DNA of 55,593 nt, taken from positions 842 to 56,434 of the forward strand of contig CAZTFR010000003.1 of assembly GCA_964612945.1 (NCBI GenBank), given 5' to 3'. This document shows, one piece after another, positions 39,987-49,228 of the stretch (position 1 is the stretch's first letter; each line of letters opens with the position of its first letter). The notes beneath the pieces were generated by a model. It was given only the letters and a program-made list of their open reading frames with translations, did no database searches and was not told the DNA's origin. Position numbers and translations under genes: made by a program. Source of the stretch: an uncultured Thermoplasmatales archaeon. GTDB lineage: Archaea; Thermoplasmatota; E2; DHVEG-1.

Positions 39987-41609
39987 ATGAGATGTATGTT
40001 ATTTGTTTGTTCTACGCTGCTTATATCACTATTTCTTTCGGAGGCTGCATCCGTTATTGAATTCTCTGATTTTGACCAACCAATGTCTTCAGTAACTATT
40101 CCTCATCTTAATGAGGACGTGTTAATTGCATCGGATGTATGCAGAGCGTCAAGTTATCCGACTACCAGTCCAGGTCCAGGCTTTTATGACACCAGTGAAT
40201 ATATGATCGGAAGTATTGCCGTAGGTATCTGTTTACTAGAAAGTGATGGTACCGGTGAAACCAGTACTGAAACCTGGACGCCTTCAGAGGAAACCCAGGT
40301 CACCAATGAGATCACTGCGGCGATGAACTGGTGGATTGGTCAAAACTCAAATGCAGGAATTAGTATTCAATATGATTGGAACTATGCCGTACCGGTTAGT
40401 TACGAACCCATTCTTCATGCCTCTGCCTTCACCGACGCCTCCTGGGAGGAATCCTGGGTGGATGATGCTATGGCCTATCTTGGCTATTCCTCTGGAGACC
40501 GGTTCGCCCGCACACGGTCCTATATTAATGACTTGAGAACCACCAAGGGGACAGATTGGGCGTTTGCTGTGTATGTTATCGATAGCAGCGCTGATACCGA
40601 TGGCTGTTTTTCTGATGGCTATTGTGCCTATGCATATCTTGGTGGACCTTTTGTGGTGATGACCTATGATAACAATGGTTGGGGTATTAGTCGCATGAAT
40701 CAAGTTATGGCGCATGAGATGGGCCACATCTTTTATGCAACCGATGAATACAACGGACAGACAGAAAACAGTGGCTATCTAAACGCAGCGGATATCGAAG
40801 GATCTGGATGTCTTATGGACACTAACAGCTTATCTCTGTCAAGTGGAACCAAGCTTCAGATCGGCTGGCGAGATGCTGATTTAGATACTATCCCCGATAT
40901 CATTGACACCTTCCCTGAGACGACACTCACTACATATGCCCCTGATCCCACCTCAGATACAACACCAACCTACACCGGTAAAGCAGAGGTTCAACCCTAT
41001 ACCAACAATAATCCCTATGGGCCAGGAAATGATGTAAGCATCAATGTTATTCCCATGGCCTTCTATCGAGTAGATGGGGGAAGTTGGATTCCAACAACTC
41101 CCTCGGATAGCTCCTTTGATGAGCCACAGGAAGATTTTACCTTTACCACCGCACCGCTTTCCCATGGTACCCATACCATAGAAGCACACTGTATCAATCA
41201 ACTCAGTAACATGGATAGTAGCTTTGCCTCTGATACCATCACTATTGATGCTCCCCCAAACACTCCCACCATTACTGGTGAGACCGATGGGAACATAAAC
41301 GAACAATACAACTACACCGTAACCGCAACAGATCCTGATGGCGATCAAGTCTATTACTGGATTGAATGGTATGACGGCTGTCCCGGTGTAAACTGGGATG
41401 GACCCCACCCTTCGGGACAATCCATCGTGTATCCCTTTACCTATACGCAGAAGGGAAGCTTTACCATTCGCGTAAAAACAAAAGATATCTATGATATGGA
41501 AAGCGATTGGGTCACACTTGAAGTAGAAATGCCTATAGACCTCGATATGAGTTCTTCCACTTCTGCAACCCATCATCACGTACCGTTCTCTGTGCTCTCC
41601 TATTTATAA
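39987..41609 (+). CDS. Secreted zincin metallopeptidase with Ig-like and PKD domains
   Basis: AHEMGHIFYATDEY zinc motif, CLM Met-turn, YRVDGG.W Ig domain, DPDGD.VYY..W PKD. Confidence 0.82.
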   Translation: MRCMLFVCSTLLISLFLSEAASVIEFSDFDQPMSSVTIPHLNEDVLIASDVCRASSYPTTSPGPGFYDTSEYMIGSIAVGICLLESDGTGETSTETWTPSEETQVTNEITAAMNWWIGQNSNAGISIQYDWNYAVPVSYEPILHASAFTDASWEESWVDDAMAYLGYSSGDRFARTRSYINDLRTTKGTDWAFAVYVIDSSADTDGCFSDGYCAYAYLGGPFVVMTYDNNGWGISRMNQVMAHEMGHIFYATDEYNGQTENSGYLNAADIEGSGCLMDTNSLSLSSGTKLQIGWRDADLDTIPDIIDTFPETTLTTYAPDPTSDTTPTYTGKAEVQPYTNNNPYGPGNDVSINVIPMAFYRVDGGSWIPTTPSDSSFDEPQEDFTFTTAPLSHGTHTIEAHCINQLSNMDSSFASDTITIDAPPNTPTITGETDGNINEQYNYTVTATDPDGDQVYYWIEWYDGCPGVNWDGPHPSGQSIVYPFTYTQKGSFTIRVKTKDIYDMESDWVTLEVEMPIDLDMSSSTSATHHHVPFSVLSYL

Positions 41610-41688
41610 CATATCATGAGTACGAAAAATAGAGCATCAACTCAGATGTGAACTTTTATATATAAATAATAGTATATATCAGATTCAA

Positions 41689-42816
41689 ATGCGTAAATCT
41701 TCCACCTATCTTGCACTCATACTCTGTAGTTTGCTTCTAATTCAACCTGTTCTAGCAACACCTGAAGACCTTCAACAAAATGTGACTACCCGTGATCTTC
41801 CCAGCTCCTTTGATTGGCGTAATGTTGATGGTGTTGATTTCACCACACCGATAAAAAATCAAGAACCCGCCCCTCTCTGTGAGGCATATGCATTATGTGC
41901 TGCTATAGAGACAAAAATCCAGTATAAAATTGGAACGCCCTTTGGCTGTGATCTCTCTGAGGCTCATCTATTTTTCTACTCCGGAGGAACCTGCAATTGG
42001 GGTGTGGAGCTGACCGATGCCGCACAATATCTGATCGATTTTGGCGTACCTGATGAGGGCTGTTTTCCTGATCCGCATCGACCGGAAGATCAGAACTTTG
42101 AAAGCCTTGAAGGATGGCAAAATCGAACGGTCCGAATTCAAGAGTGGGGCTGGGTTGACAGTGATGAACGTGATGAAATCAAACGCGCCCTCATTGAGTA
42201 TGGCCCACTGGTCGTCTGTATTTTGCAACGGCGAGATTTTCTCTTTTATCGCGGAGGAATCTACCGGCCAGGGCCGGGAAGAGTGCAGAGTGGACATGTG
42301 GTCACAATCGTAGGCTATGATGACAACCAGCAATGCTGGATCATTCGCAACAGTGCAGGAACCCGATGGGGGGAGGATGGCTACGCTCGTGTTGCCTATT
42401 CTGCTCATAGCATACGGCGGCCGTTTTTCTGGCCGTTTTATGGGGGAACAGGCATCCTTTACATCGATGGCGTCTCAGGCACATTTTTCCCTGACGTCCC
42501 TAAACTATCTATTCAATCCCCACAGCGAGGCCATACCTATCTCAAGGGATTTGAATTTCCCACTGTCTTTCTCAAGCATCCCCGCTACCCCTATGGCGTT
42601 CCTCGAATTTTAGGAGATGTCTCTCTTGACGTTACAGCATTTAATACAGAATATGTTGAGTTCTACTACGACGGATCGCTGCTCTTTTCAGACTTTGATC
42701 GACCGTTTACCTGGAAATTGGATGCACCCCGCGGTTTTCACAGCATCGAAGTGCTCGGGTATGCTGGTAATGGAAATTGTTCGAAGGCCATGATTGATGT
42801 CTACGTCATACGATAG
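41689..42816 (+). CDS. Secreted C1A papain-family cysteine peptidase with C-terminal Ig-like domain
   Basis: LPSSFDWR, TPIKNQ.....C, DLSE, GH.V.IVGYDD, W..RNS.G..WGEDGY. Confidence 0.88.
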   Translation: MRKSSTYLALILCSLLLIQPVLATPEDLQQNVTTRDLPSSFDWRNVDGVDFTTPIKNQEPAPLCEAYALCAAIETKIQYKIGTPFGCDLSEAHLFFYSGGTCNWGVELTDAAQYLIDFGVPDEGCFPDPHRPEDQNFESLEGWQNRTVRIQEWGWVDSDERDEIKRALIEYGPLVVCILQRRDFLFYRGGIYRPGPGRVQSGHVVTIVGYDDNQQCWIIRNSAGTRWGEDGYARVAYSAHSIRRPFFWPFYGGTGILYIDGVSGTFFPDVPKLSIQSPQRGHTYLKGFEFPTVFLKHPRYPYGVPRILGDVSLDVTAFNTEYVEFYYDGSLLFSDFDRPFTWKLDAPRGFHSIEVLGYAGNGNCSKAMIDVYVIR

Positions 42817-42835
42817 TTCTGCAGATTATGGAATA

Positions 42836-43972
42836 TCATTTGATAACCCCTTTTTTTCTGTAGGTCTTCCCATGCCATTCTATCTTATTCACCACTGCAG
42901 ATTGGATAAGATTAAACGTGAAAAAAAGAAAAATCAACGGCATAAAGAAAATGTAGGGCAGTGCTGATCCAAATTTTTTCTTTGGATACTGCATCTGCGA
43001 ACGAAGACTGAAAAACACGATACGCCCATACAGCATCTCAAAAAATAGATGGCTAAGAAGCACACCTGCTATCAGCAAAGAGCCATACAAAGCAGTAAGT
43101 ATACCACAGAACAGTATGAGATGCAGAAAGAGCATACAGCCTAATGACACTGTCCAGAGCAATGGATTGTACCAGCGGATCCACATGAACTGTTGAGACC
43201 CCCATCGAAGAAACGAGCTCACTGAGGTGTCTACCGGGCTCTCTGCGATACATTTGGGGAGAAAACAAATTGTCTTGTCTGCTTTTTTTAGGTGATTGGT
43301 CAGGATGAGATCATCGGATAAACCGGTACGCCAGTGATGACAGATGTTGAGTTGATCAAATAGTTGTTTGGTAATAGCTGTTGATCCACCCCAGGTGTAA
43401 TTGCTCAGGGGGTGAAATTGGGAGATCAGGCTTCCCATGTTCCAAACGGAGAGAAGATAGGATTTGAGTGTGGTGGGAAAAAACCAGCGGAATCCGGTAG
43501 TTGCTCCGATCTGTGGATCGGAAAGGGGTGCAATAAGAGAGGACAGCCAGTAGGGATGAGGTCGGATGTCAGAATCGGCGAAGACAAGGATATCTGTATC
43601 GGTTGCTTGTTCAACACCGGTGAGAAGCGCAGCGATTTTTCCGCTGGTGGTGGATACCGGTTTGGTGATCTCAATTACGGTGTTTGCCGTATCTTTAACA
43701 AGAGTCTGAAGAATGGGATAGGCAGGATCGTTTAAGCAGTCAATGACAAAGATGATGTGGTAGGGTGCGTACTGTTGCAGACAAAACGCACGAAGGTTTT
43801 GTTGAAGATGCCGGTCTGCACCTTTGCATGGAATGATGATCGTGGCGTGTCTTGTGCTTATCTCTTTGGAATAGTGTCTGCTTTTTTGAAATCCATAGAT
43901 ATACAGGCTAAGAAGTATCACGAATCCAAGAATTACAAGACTTCCAAAGAACAGTAGTATTGCCTGCAGCAT
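42836..43972 (-). CDS. Membrane glycosyltransferase family 2 (ceramide glucosyltransferase-like)
   Basis: IIPCKG, SGKI, FADSD, WGGS, SDD motifs, N- and C-terminal TM helices. Confidence 0.88.
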   Translation of the reverse strand: MLQAILLFFGSLVILGFVILLSLYIYGFQKSRHYSKEISTRHATIIIPCKGADRHLQQNLRAFCLQQYAPYHIIFVIDCLNDPAYPILQTLVKDTANTVIEITKPVSTTSGKIAALLTGVEQATDTDILVFADSDIRPHPYWLSSLIAPLSDPQIGATTGFRWFFPTTLKSYLLSVWNMGSLISQFHPLSNYTWGGSTAITKQLFDQLNICHHWRTGLSDDLILTNHLKKADKTICFLPKCIAESPVDTSVSSFLRWGSQQFMWIRWYNPLLWTVSLGCMLFLHLILFCGILTALYGSLLIAGVLLSHLFFEMLYGRIVFFSLRSQMQYPKKKFGSALPYIFFMPLIFLFFTFNLIQSAVVNKIEWHGKTYRKKGVIK

Positions 43973-44086
43973 GGAATCACTAATCCTATTGCTGCTCTCT
44001 ATAAAAAAGAGTATGGTTCACCTTTTTTATTTTAATGGGATAGATTATTATAGCTGATTGTTTTTCCATTTTTTTGAGGGATAACA

Positions 44087-44218
44087 ATTAAAAAAGAGAA
44101 CTGTCCGTTTTGTGGAAATCGCTGGGTGCATCGTTCGGATGAATCACCGATTCAATGTCCAGATTGTCATCGAAAATTTTATCCTCCAGATCAGTTGGTG
44201 CATCGAAAACGACAGTAA
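44087..44218 (+). CDS. Putative zinc-ribbon microprotein (CPFC-x14-CPDC) without canonical start codon
   Basis: IKKENCPFCGNRWVHRSDESPIQCPDCHRKFYPP. GAGGG SD 6 nt before ATT, in-frame TGA just upstream. Confidence 0.5.
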   Translation: MKKENCPFCGNRWVHRSDESPIQCPDCHRKFYPPDQLVHRKRQ

Positions 44219-44320
44219 ATCTGTGTGCGAGGTACAGTGCTAAGCACCTTTTTTTTTGTTTTCGGCAGCTTTAAAACCTTTGCGGTCTATTCTCTTCGTG
44301 TAATTTGGAGGAGGTAGCCT

Positions 44321-44539
44321 ATGTTTGAAGATCTTTCCTATGCATTGATTGGAGGACTGCCCGTTATTGTGTATCTGGGAGTGCTGACGCTGATTTTGGC
44401 GGTCATCGCAATGTCCATTGGTGGCCTTCATATTCGAAGAAAAATCAAGCTGTCTGTGAAATGGCATTTCTGGTTTGCCTATCTGGCCATCATCGTTGGG
44501 CTCATCCATGGTGTTCTTGGTCTTCTTGCCTATGTCTAA
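44321..44539 (+). CDS. Small 2-TM membrane protein with two His in the second helix
   Basis: GGAGGAGG SD, KWH.W.A.......LIHG pattern. Confidence 0.75.
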   Translation: MFEDLSYALIGGLPVIVYLGVLTLILAVIAMSIGGLHIRRKIKLSVKWHFWFAYLAIIVGLIHGVLGLLAYV

Positions 44540-44610
44540 CTGCTTTTATTTGCATGCAAGCGCATAGGTTAATAAAGACCAGCGGTCTACGCAGCTGCGG
44601 GAATCAGCTT

Positions 44611-45078
44611 ATGAATATAAAAATGCAGAAAATGCCCCTATGGCTTCTAATCTTTTGTCTTGTCGTCTCCTGCATTGGGAGTCTACCAGTTAGCGCTCAT
44701 TCGCCACAAACCATGACGCTTAGTTATGATACGCCTGCTCAACGATTGAATGTAACAATTACCCATCAAGTCTCTAATCCTGATACTCATTATGTCTTTC
44801 TTGTGGTAATTGAGAAGAATGATCAAGAATTTAACAAAATTGATTACAGCAGTCAGCCTACAGATAGAGATTTTATGTATTCATATTCCGTTCCTGCTGA
44901 GGAAGGAGATACCCTCCGTGTTATTGCAGAATGTAACCAAGGGGGATCTTTCAGCCAGCAGCTTACCCTAACTGCTGAGGGGGGAAGCACCGAGCCGAGT
45001 GCATCGACCCCTGGTTTTGAAACCAGTGTTGTTTTTCTCTCCCTTGTCGTCTTTCTGTTTTGGATAAGACGACAGTAG
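44611..45078 (+). CDS. Secreted superoxide-reductase-like beta-sandwich protein with PGF-CTERM anchor
   Basis: Signal peptide VSA|HSP, THQV, THYV, AECNQGG, then linker, TPGFE, TM helix and RRQ. Confidence 0.65.
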   Translation: MNIKMQKMPLWLLIFCLVVSCIGSLPVSAHSPQTMTLSYDTPAQRLNVTITHQVSNPDTHYVFLVVIEKNDQEFNKIDYSSQPTDRDFMYSYSVPAEEGDTLRVIAECNQGGSFSQQLTLTAEGGSTEPSASTPGFETSVVFLSLVVFLFWIRRQ

Positions 45079-45195
45079 AATCCTTTTTTTGGATGAAAAG
45101 AACCTTGCTTTAGCTTGCATGTTGAAAAGAGAAAGAGTAATATGTATCTTTATATAGTACATTTTTATAATAGTTAGAAACATGGGGATTATATT

Positions 45196-47691
45196 ATGAA
45201 GAAATACATTTGTTGTCTTATTGTAGGTCTTGTTGTGTGTAGTGGATATAGTGTGTTTGCAGAACCAGCACTTCGCCGTTCATCAGACCGCCGTGTATCC
45301 ACAATAGTTGATGAAGTAGCGTTCAGTTCTTCCTTTACGGTTGTGGACCGTGCAGATCAGTATTGTCAACTTCAGATGAAGACCGAAGAATGCTATCTTA
45401 CAAATCCCGGTCAGCCGCTTCTGCCTCGCCTGCTGAGAAAGTATGAAATTCCTTTTGGTGCATCAGATATTCAGATAGAGGTTACTCCTGAGGGGTATTC
45501 CTCTAGTCCACTGGAAAAAGACATTGTGCCTATGTCACCACCGGTGGCAAAATCCTTACGTCATGTATCTTCTTATCAACCTCGCAGAGATCCACAGATT
45601 TATTCACAGGATGGCTGGTACCCTGCTGAATGCTCTCGATCACATGTGGGTGTGGGAGTCAATGCTGAGGGTGCACATGTCAGCTTTGTAACGCTTAATT
45701 TATATCCCATTCAATATAATCCCGTGCAACAAAAAATTCAATCTGTTTCCTCATTTGATATTTACATTACCTATAGCATGCCAGATGATTATCCCTTCCC
45801 ACTTGATTCTACCTATGATCTGGTGGTGATTACCCCTCAAACGTTTTCCCGGCAAATCCAAAAACTCATCGATCATAAAGAGCGTATGGGGATGCCTTCT
45901 ATTATGAAAACCACAGAGGAAATCTACAAGGAGTTTTTAGGACAGGATAAACCAGAGCAGATTAAATATTTCATCAAATATGCTCTTGAGGAATGGGGAG
46001 TTTCGTATGTGTTACTCTTTGGTGGGTTGAAATCAATACTCTATGCACAACCAAAAGATGACCTCAATCAAGGATCACGGTGGTGGCATGTCCCCGTGCG
46101 CTATTCAAATTTTCAGTATGATGGTAATGATGATTTCAACTTTACCAGTGGTGAACCAGGATACCTCTGTGATCTGTACTATGCAGACATCTATGGTAAC
46201 GGTGGCTCCTTTGAATCCTGGGATAGCAATAACAATGGCATCTATGCGGAATGGTCAGGTGATCTGTATGATGAGCTTGATTTATACCCTGATGTTGCGA
46301 TAGGACGGCTTGCCGTCCGAAACCGTCGTGAAGCCCGCGATGTGGTCAATAAGATCATCCGATATGAACAAGCACCAGCAGATCCTTCATGGTTTAACCA
46401 GATTCTTGCCGTTTCAGGTGATGGATTTCTCGACCAACGAGATTGGAATATACTCTGGGACACCACAGGTCTTAAGACCGGTGAATACACCATTCATGCC
46501 CGAACAACCAATGCGGAAGATGAACAAGGACCTATCGATGCTGTTTCTGTCACCGTTGATAAAACACAGCAAAGCACGATCACCTTCAATCATGATGACC
46601 ATCTCAACCCGGGACTTGCAGATGGCTATCCTGCACCCCCGATTGCAGAAATCGTATCTGTTTCTGATACCAACATTATGGGTAATACTGATGTCACCTA
46701 TACGCCCTCTGATGGGGAGGCCTATTGTAATGAACTGTATTGGTGGGCAAATATCTCCTATGTCGATGAGCAGTTGACCATCCGTGGCAAATGCTATGAT
46801 CCACAACCCTATGGCGTCACCACCGATCTTGAAGTCTGGATTACTGATGCAGAAGATCACATCATCTTTTCCGAAAATCAATCAAATCATGAAACCTACT
46901 ATGAAGGAGAATGGCTCGTTGGAGAAGAACTCTTACTTGGTCGAGGAGGCGCTCTTGCCTATATGCCAGAAACCTTTGCCTCAACCAGTCTCTTTGCCTC
47001 GAACGGTCTGTGGGAGGATCAATCTGATGTTATAGAAGAATTCAGTAAGGGCTACGGGTTTGTCTATGTCAACGGTCATGGAAGCCCGGGCTGGTGGGGT
47101 GATCATCTCCCAGGAATACCAGGAAACCGGCGCTACAGTCTAATCCCCGGTCTTACCGTCACCCAATTTACCCCCTCTTTCCCCTTTGTCAATCTTCCCG
47201 CTTTTCCAATGAGAAAACTTACCAATACCGATAAACTACCAGTGGTCACCATCGGTGGCTGTCATAACAGCATGTATAGCGTCTCACTTATTCCATCGGT
47301 ACTTGATCTCTTTCTCCCCCTCTGGATGTTCACCTATGGGACACCCACACCGGAATGTTGGGGATGGTATCTGATTAAACTCCCCCGCACCGGAGCGATT
47401 GCCACCATGGGCTCCACCGGCTACAGCTGGGGGTCAGAAGGAGAAGTCTGTACTATCGGAACCGGTGATGGATGGATCAACACCGAATTCTACCGCCAAT
47501 ACGGCCAAGAAAACCAGACCATCTTGGGAGATACCTACCGTGAATCTATTACAAGCTACATCGATAATCATATGATCTTTGAATATGAGTACTGGCGACA
47601 TGACAAAGGCTGGGATGGCATCGATCAAAAAACGGTACAGCAATGGCAGCTGCTGGGTGATCCCAGTCTTCAAATGGGCGGCTACCCTTAG
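45196..47691 (+). CDS. Secreted C25 (gingipain-like) peptidase with a ~155-aa insertion
   Basis: PGQPLLP propeptide, CDLYYAD, YPDVAIGRL, NGHGSP, GGCHN, LLGDPSL. Confidence 0.9.
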   Translation: MKKYICCLIVGLVVCSGYSVFAEPALRRSSDRRVSTIVDEVAFSSSFTVVDRADQYCQLQMKTEECYLTNPGQPLLPRLLRKYEIPFGASDIQIEVTPEGYSSSPLEKDIVPMSPPVAKSLRHVSSYQPRRDPQIYSQDGWYPAECSRSHVGVGVNAEGAHVSFVTLNLYPIQYNPVQQKIQSVSSFDIYITYSMPDDYPFPLDSTYDLVVITPQTFSRQIQKLIDHKERMGMPSIMKTTEEIYKEFLGQDKPEQIKYFIKYALEEWGVSYVLLFGGLKSILYAQPKDDLNQGSRWWHVPVRYSNFQYDGNDDFNFTSGEPGYLCDLYYADIYGNGGSFESWDSNNNGIYAEWSGDLYDELDLYPDVAIGRLAVRNRREARDVVNKIIRYEQAPADPSWFNQILAVSGDGFLDQRDWNILWDTTGLKTGEYTIHARTTNAEDEQGPIDAVSVTVDKTQQSTITFNHDDHLNPGLADGYPAPPIAEIVSVSDTNIMGNTDVTYTPSDGEAYCNELYWWANISYVDEQLTIRGKCYDPQPYGVTTDLEVWITDAEDHIIFSENQSNHETYYEGEWLVGEELLLGRGGALAYMPETFASTSLFASNGLWEDQSDVIEEFSKGYGFVYVNGHGSPGWWGDHLPGIPGNRRYSLIPGLTVTQFTPSFPFVNLPAFPMRKLTNTDKLPVVTIGGCHNSMYSVSLIPSVLDLFLPLWMFTYGTPTPECWGWYLIKLPRTGAIATMGSTGYSWGSEGEVCTIGTGDGWINTEFYRQYGQENQTILGDTYRESITSYIDNHMIFEYEYWRHDKGWDGIDQKTVQQWQLLGDPSLQMGGYP

Positions 47692-47818
47692 CTATTTGAC
47701 CATACGAAACGTTAGTACTATTTGAAAAAATACAGCTACACACTCAAAAACGCATAACTGGTGGGTACTAAGGGTAATATACTCGGTTCATCATATCTGC
47801 TTTACAAGGGAGCAATAT

Positions 47819-49135
47819 ATGAAGAGCAATGGCAAGATTCTATTCAGCTTCATCATACTTCTCTGTATGGTATTCCCTCCGGTGTATGCACAGTTTCCCC
47901 CACAAACCAGCTCCGATCCGATCACATATTCCCTACTTCAGCAAGCGCGGATGGAAACCCAGGATGACCTCCGTATTCTCTTTATCAATGGAACCTACTA
48001 CGAAATGGGCTATCAACAAGGATATTTTCTTGCAGAGGACATCAAACAGAATCTTCGTGCCTTTATCGACTACGCCGGTATTTCTCAAGATCGTCTGCTC
48101 GAAATGTGGGAGATCATGCAACCCTACGTTCCCGACGAGTACATTGAAGAGATCCAGGGGATTGCCGATGGCGCAGAGCTCAGCTTTGACGAGGTCATCG
48201 CAGGCTACATGGTGATTACCTATGAAGATATGGGATGTTTTGGGTTTGCAGCCTGGGAAAACGCAACTGCAGACGGGCATCTCCTGCATGCGCGCAGCTT
48301 TGATCAACCTCTGGAAATTATAGATCCTGTCACCGGAGAGTATGCTAATAGTAATGCACTCATTGTGGTACGGCAACCAGATGATGGGTTTGCCTCACTT
48401 TCCCCAACCATTGCAGGTATCCCTCATAGTGGTGGTGGATTCAATGAAAAAGGAATCGCTCTTGGCCAACAAGTGTGCTGGAGTCAAGATCAAACTCTTC
48501 ATGGTACGCCTGCGTTATTTCGCACGCAAATGGTTCTTGATCATGCAGCACATATCACTGACGCCCTTGATTTTTTGATTACCAACTCAACCCTGGGATG
48601 GAACTATATTGTTTCTGATGCCAAAAAACCAGTAGGATACGCTCTTGAACTTTCAGCCAATCATACCTATATCGGCTGCTATAACAACCCTGTGGAATCC
48701 CAGTATCCCTTCTGGGAAATTCCTGCCGTTGTCCGTCGGACCAACTTCTTTTTAGATCCCGTTCTTGCAGATACACAACGATCACGCCTTCACCCTGGTG
48801 GACTTAGGGGACTACTTCGGTTGATAACCTTTTCCGAAATCTATTTTGCTCCCTGGCGAAGCTACAAAGCAGTCAGCACTGATCTTAATGACGCCGGGGG
48901 TACTCTGACCCTTTCGTCTTCAATGGATCTTCTTAGAAACAGCTACGCTGGAAACAGTGATGCGTTGTTGAAGTTAATTGTGATACTTGCACAAAAAACC
49001 AGTTTTAACCGCGCATGGAACATGTGGGTTGCTGATCCGCTCACTGGTGATCTTTTAGTCTGCTTTGCAAACAACCAAACGATTGCATTTGAAAATCCAG
49101 TACATTATCTTAACTTCTATGATCTACTTGAGTAG
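47819..49135 (+). CDS. Secreted C45 family (AAT-like) Ntn-hydrolase/peptidase
   Basis: G.YYEMGYQQG, EEIQGIADG, autoprocessing G|CFGF, HARSFD, GFNEKG, RRTN.F. Confidence 0.85.
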   Translation: MKSNGKILFSFIILLCMVFPPVYAQFPPQTSSDPITYSLLQQARMETQDDLRILFINGTYYEMGYQQGYFLAEDIKQNLRAFIDYAGISQDRLLEMWEIMQPYVPDEYIEEIQGIADGAELSFDEVIAGYMVITYEDMGCFGFAAWENATADGHLLHARSFDQPLEIIDPVTGEYANSNALIVVRQPDDGFASLSPTIAGIPHSGGGFNEKGIALGQQVCWSQDQTLHGTPALFRTQMVLDHAAHITDALDFLITNSTLGWNYIVSDAKKPVGYALELSANHTYIGCYNNPVESQYPFWEIPAVVRRTNFFLDPVLADTQRSRLHPGGLRGLLRLITFSEIYFAPWRSYKAVSTDLNDAGGTLTLSSSMDLLRNSYAGNSDALLKLIVILAQKTSFNRAWNMWVADPLTGDLLVCFANNQTIAFENPVHYLNFYDLLE

Positions 49136-49228
49136 TACCTCTTTTTTTGTTAGTTTGTACAACTCCTCAGAAAAAAGGTTTAAATATCACCGTTTTTTAT
49201 AAATGTGTAGAGGGAGGAAATAAACTCT

